From Sedimentisphaerales bacterium (GTDB lineage: Bacteria; Planctomycetota; Phycisphaerae; Sedimentisphaerales; SM23-30): a stretch of 64,000 bases of DNA. Below the pieces are notes generated by a model. That model was not told the origin of the DNA. It saw only the letters and a list, made by a program, of their open reading frames with translations, and ran no database searches. Every line of letters starts with the position of its first letter. Within the stretch, counting starts at the first letter, position 1. The position numbers were made by a program, and so were the translations under genes. This document shows, one piece after another, positions 62,195 to 64,000 of the stretch. Location: assembly GCA_963666285.1 (NCBI GenBank), contig OY762711.1, one strand, 5' to 3'.

Positions 62195-63442
62195 CTATAC
62201 TTGCATTCTGGTATTGATTAACTGCACTGCTGTTAAAGCCCCGTCCTTTTCTGCTCGAAGAGCATTAGAAATTTCAGTTAACTGCCCTTTTATAGTTTCA
62301 TTAGAATCAATCTCCAATAGTGCCTGTTTAAAGATAGAAGGATCAAGCCTGTTTAGCCTAAGCTTTTTTCCGGCATTCATCATTTCTACCCTGAAAGCAT
62401 TATCAAACTGATCATAACCGAATGGAACTACTATACCCGGAACACCTGCTCTCAATGTTTCGCCTGTCGTATTTATGCCGCCATGATGAACAACAACATG
62501 TGCTTTGGGAAAAATACTGCCAAAAGGAGCAAAAGGAACTGTAAGAATACTATTATCTTTATCGTTATACTTTTCCAGTTTCGGGCCAACCAGAAGTAAA
62601 GGCCTTTTTAACTGCTTGCATGCAGGAATTATGTTATCATATACTCTATGTCCGTGCATTGCTGCTGTCGAGCCCATACCGACAATAACCGGCTTTTGTT
62701 CCTGACTAAAAAAACGGGCAATTTCCGGCGGCATCTCATGCCAGTCTATTACATGGTCATCACGGAAATAACCGCAAACATGTGAATTTGGTGGGTCATC
62801 AGAAGCAGAAGGACGAAAGACAGATGACCATGCTCCCAGATTTAACATAGCTTTGGAAAAGAGAAAATTCCAGCTGCCATAACAATTTGGTACTGAAATT
62901 TCCCGGCACGCTTTTGCAAATTTTAACCTCAATGACTGGACAAATATCGGTTGAATACACTTTGCTAAAAGCCTGTGTAACCAGACCGGAGGCTGGTAAT
63001 AGCTATAATGACTTGGCTGCTCAACTGACATCCAGCCCGTCGGTGTTGTCATAAGAATACAATATGGCAGTTCTGCCTGAAGTGCGGCAAAAAGCCCGCC
63101 CATTTCCAATAGGTGGCTTACTACAAGATCAATTTTTTCTGCTTTTACAGCTTCTGATGCTGCCGGATACATTACTTTCATACCCGGTATAACTAATTCT
63201 TCAAACAAAGCTTTAGGCCCCTTATGTTTATCAAGAAATCTGGGTGCCTGCTGCAGAAAATCAAACAGATCTACATATTCCCCGGCAGGAATAAAATTTA
63301 AGCCGGCATTGGAAATATTTTTTTCATAATAAGGATTTGCCAGAAAAAACACATCATGCCCGGCATGCTTCAAAGCACGCCCCAAAGCAAGAAATGGATT
63401 GAAATCTCCGGAAGAGCCAAAACTGCTAAGCAATATCTTCAT
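62195..63442 (-). CDS. GT1 family (GT-B) glycosyltransferase
   Basis: GSSGDFNPFLALG, VHHGGINTT.E.LRAGVP..VPFGYDQFDNA. Confidence 0.88.
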   Translation of the reverse strand: MKILLSSFGSSGDFNPFLALGRALKHAGHDVFFLANPYYEKNISNAGLNFIPAGEYVDLFDFLQQAPRFLDKHKGPKALFEELVIPGMKVMYPAASEAVKAEKIDLVVSHLLEMGGLFAALQAELPYCILMTTPTGWMSVEQPSHYSYYQPPVWLHRLLAKCIQPIFVQSLRLKFAKACREISVPNCYGSWNFLFSKAMLNLGAWSSVFRPSASDDPPNSHVCGYFRDDHVIDWHEMPPEIARFFSQEQKPVIVGMGSTAAMHGHRVYDNIIPACKQLKRPLLLVGPKLEKYNDKDNSILTVPFAPFGSIFPKAHVVVHHGGINTTGETLRAGVPGIVVPFGYDQFDNAFRVEMMNAGKKLRLNRLDPSIFKQALLEIDSNETIKGQLTEISNALRAEKDGALTAVQLINTRMQV

Positions 63443-63467
63443 ATCATTACCAAAAAGAAGATGCTAT

Positions 63468-63503
63468 AAAAAAAGCCTGCCGTAAACAAATTCGACAGGC
63501 TTT
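63468..63503 (-). terminator. Intrinsic terminator after hisB
   Basis: AAAGCCTG pairs with CAGGCTTT; A-run on the plus strand. Confidence 0.65.
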
Positions 63504-63522
63504 GTATATTTGAATTGTCAAA

Positions 63523-64000
63523 CTAAAGCACACCTTTAGTACTTGGTATCTGGTCGCTGCCGGGCTTTACGGCTACTGCCTGGGCAAGTGCCCTGCCAAG
63601 AGCTTTGAAAATGCCTTCGGCAATATGGTGGTCATTAGAACCATAAGGCACATTGATATGCAAATTGATCATTGCATTGTTTACAAAAGCCTGGGTAAAC
63701 TCTTTGGTTAACTGGGTATCAAAGGCACCAATTTTATCAGAAGAAAACTCCGCGTTAAAAACCAGGTACGGTCTGCCGCTGAGATCAACAGCACAGTTTG
63801 CCAATACTTCATCCATAGGTACCGATGAAGAACCGTATCTTGTAATTCCACGTTTATCGCCAAGAGCCTGTGAAAACGCCTGGCCAAGAGTAATACCTAC
63901 ATCTTCAACTGTGTGATGATCATCAATATGCAGATCGCCGACAGCTTTAAGCTTTAGATCAAAGCCGCCATGCTTAGCCAGGTGACTTAACATGTGGTCA
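63523..64000 (-). CDS. hisB: Imidazoleglycerol-phosphate dehydratase (5' end outside window)
   Basis: [32 protein letters not shown]. Confidence 0.96.
   Translation of the reverse strand, partial: DHMLSHLAKHGGFDLKLKAVGDLHIDDHHTVEDVGITLGQAFSQALGDKRGITRYGSSSVPMDEVLANCAVDLSGRPYLVFNAEFSSDKIGAFDTQLTKEFTQAFVNNAMINLHINVPYGSNDHHIAEGIFKALGRALAQAVAVKPGSDQIPSTKGVL

Overview
Bacterial chromosomal window, most consistent with a Planctomycetota (Phycisphaerae/Sedimentisphaerales-like) genome. That call is inferred from the EF-Tu switch-I variant, a DUF1559/H-X9-DG prepilin protein, PEP-CTERM and dockerin-like tails, and a long planctomycete-type sigma factor. 1-11.3 kb holds the canonical minus-strand tRNA-Thr-tuf-rpmG-tRNA-Trp-secE-nusG-rplKAJL-rpoBC cluster. 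Next come a nitroreductase, rdgB, tRNA-Pro, GH95 and GH31 glycosidases, a ~1.9 kb repeat-rich non-coding region where strand composition flips, a batABCDE-like operon, an extended sigma-70 factor, a TPR protein, three chemoreceptors, alkaline phosphatase, a SlyD-like PPIase, a GLUG protein and a PEPCK-like (DUF4914-type) protein. A degenerate IS1595-derived ORF and an IS200 element follow, then avtA, bcp and a PhzF-family gene. A five-gene secreted-protein locus encodes an S1/P1 nuclease, a PEP-CTERM protein, a prepilin/H-X9-DG protein, an EEP nuclease and a PASTA/dockerin protein, and contains a strongly structured non-coding leader. The window ends with housekeeping genes and a truncated hisB. 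The most notable unexplained signals are (i) the hairpin-repeat array and skew switch at 18.7-20.1 kb, (ii) a ~200 bp promoter-carrying element present twice, once abutting the IS1595-derived Cys-rich protein, and (iii) the candidate extracellular nucleic-acid utilisation locus with its ~200 nt structured RNA. All calls were made by eye; no database searches were run.
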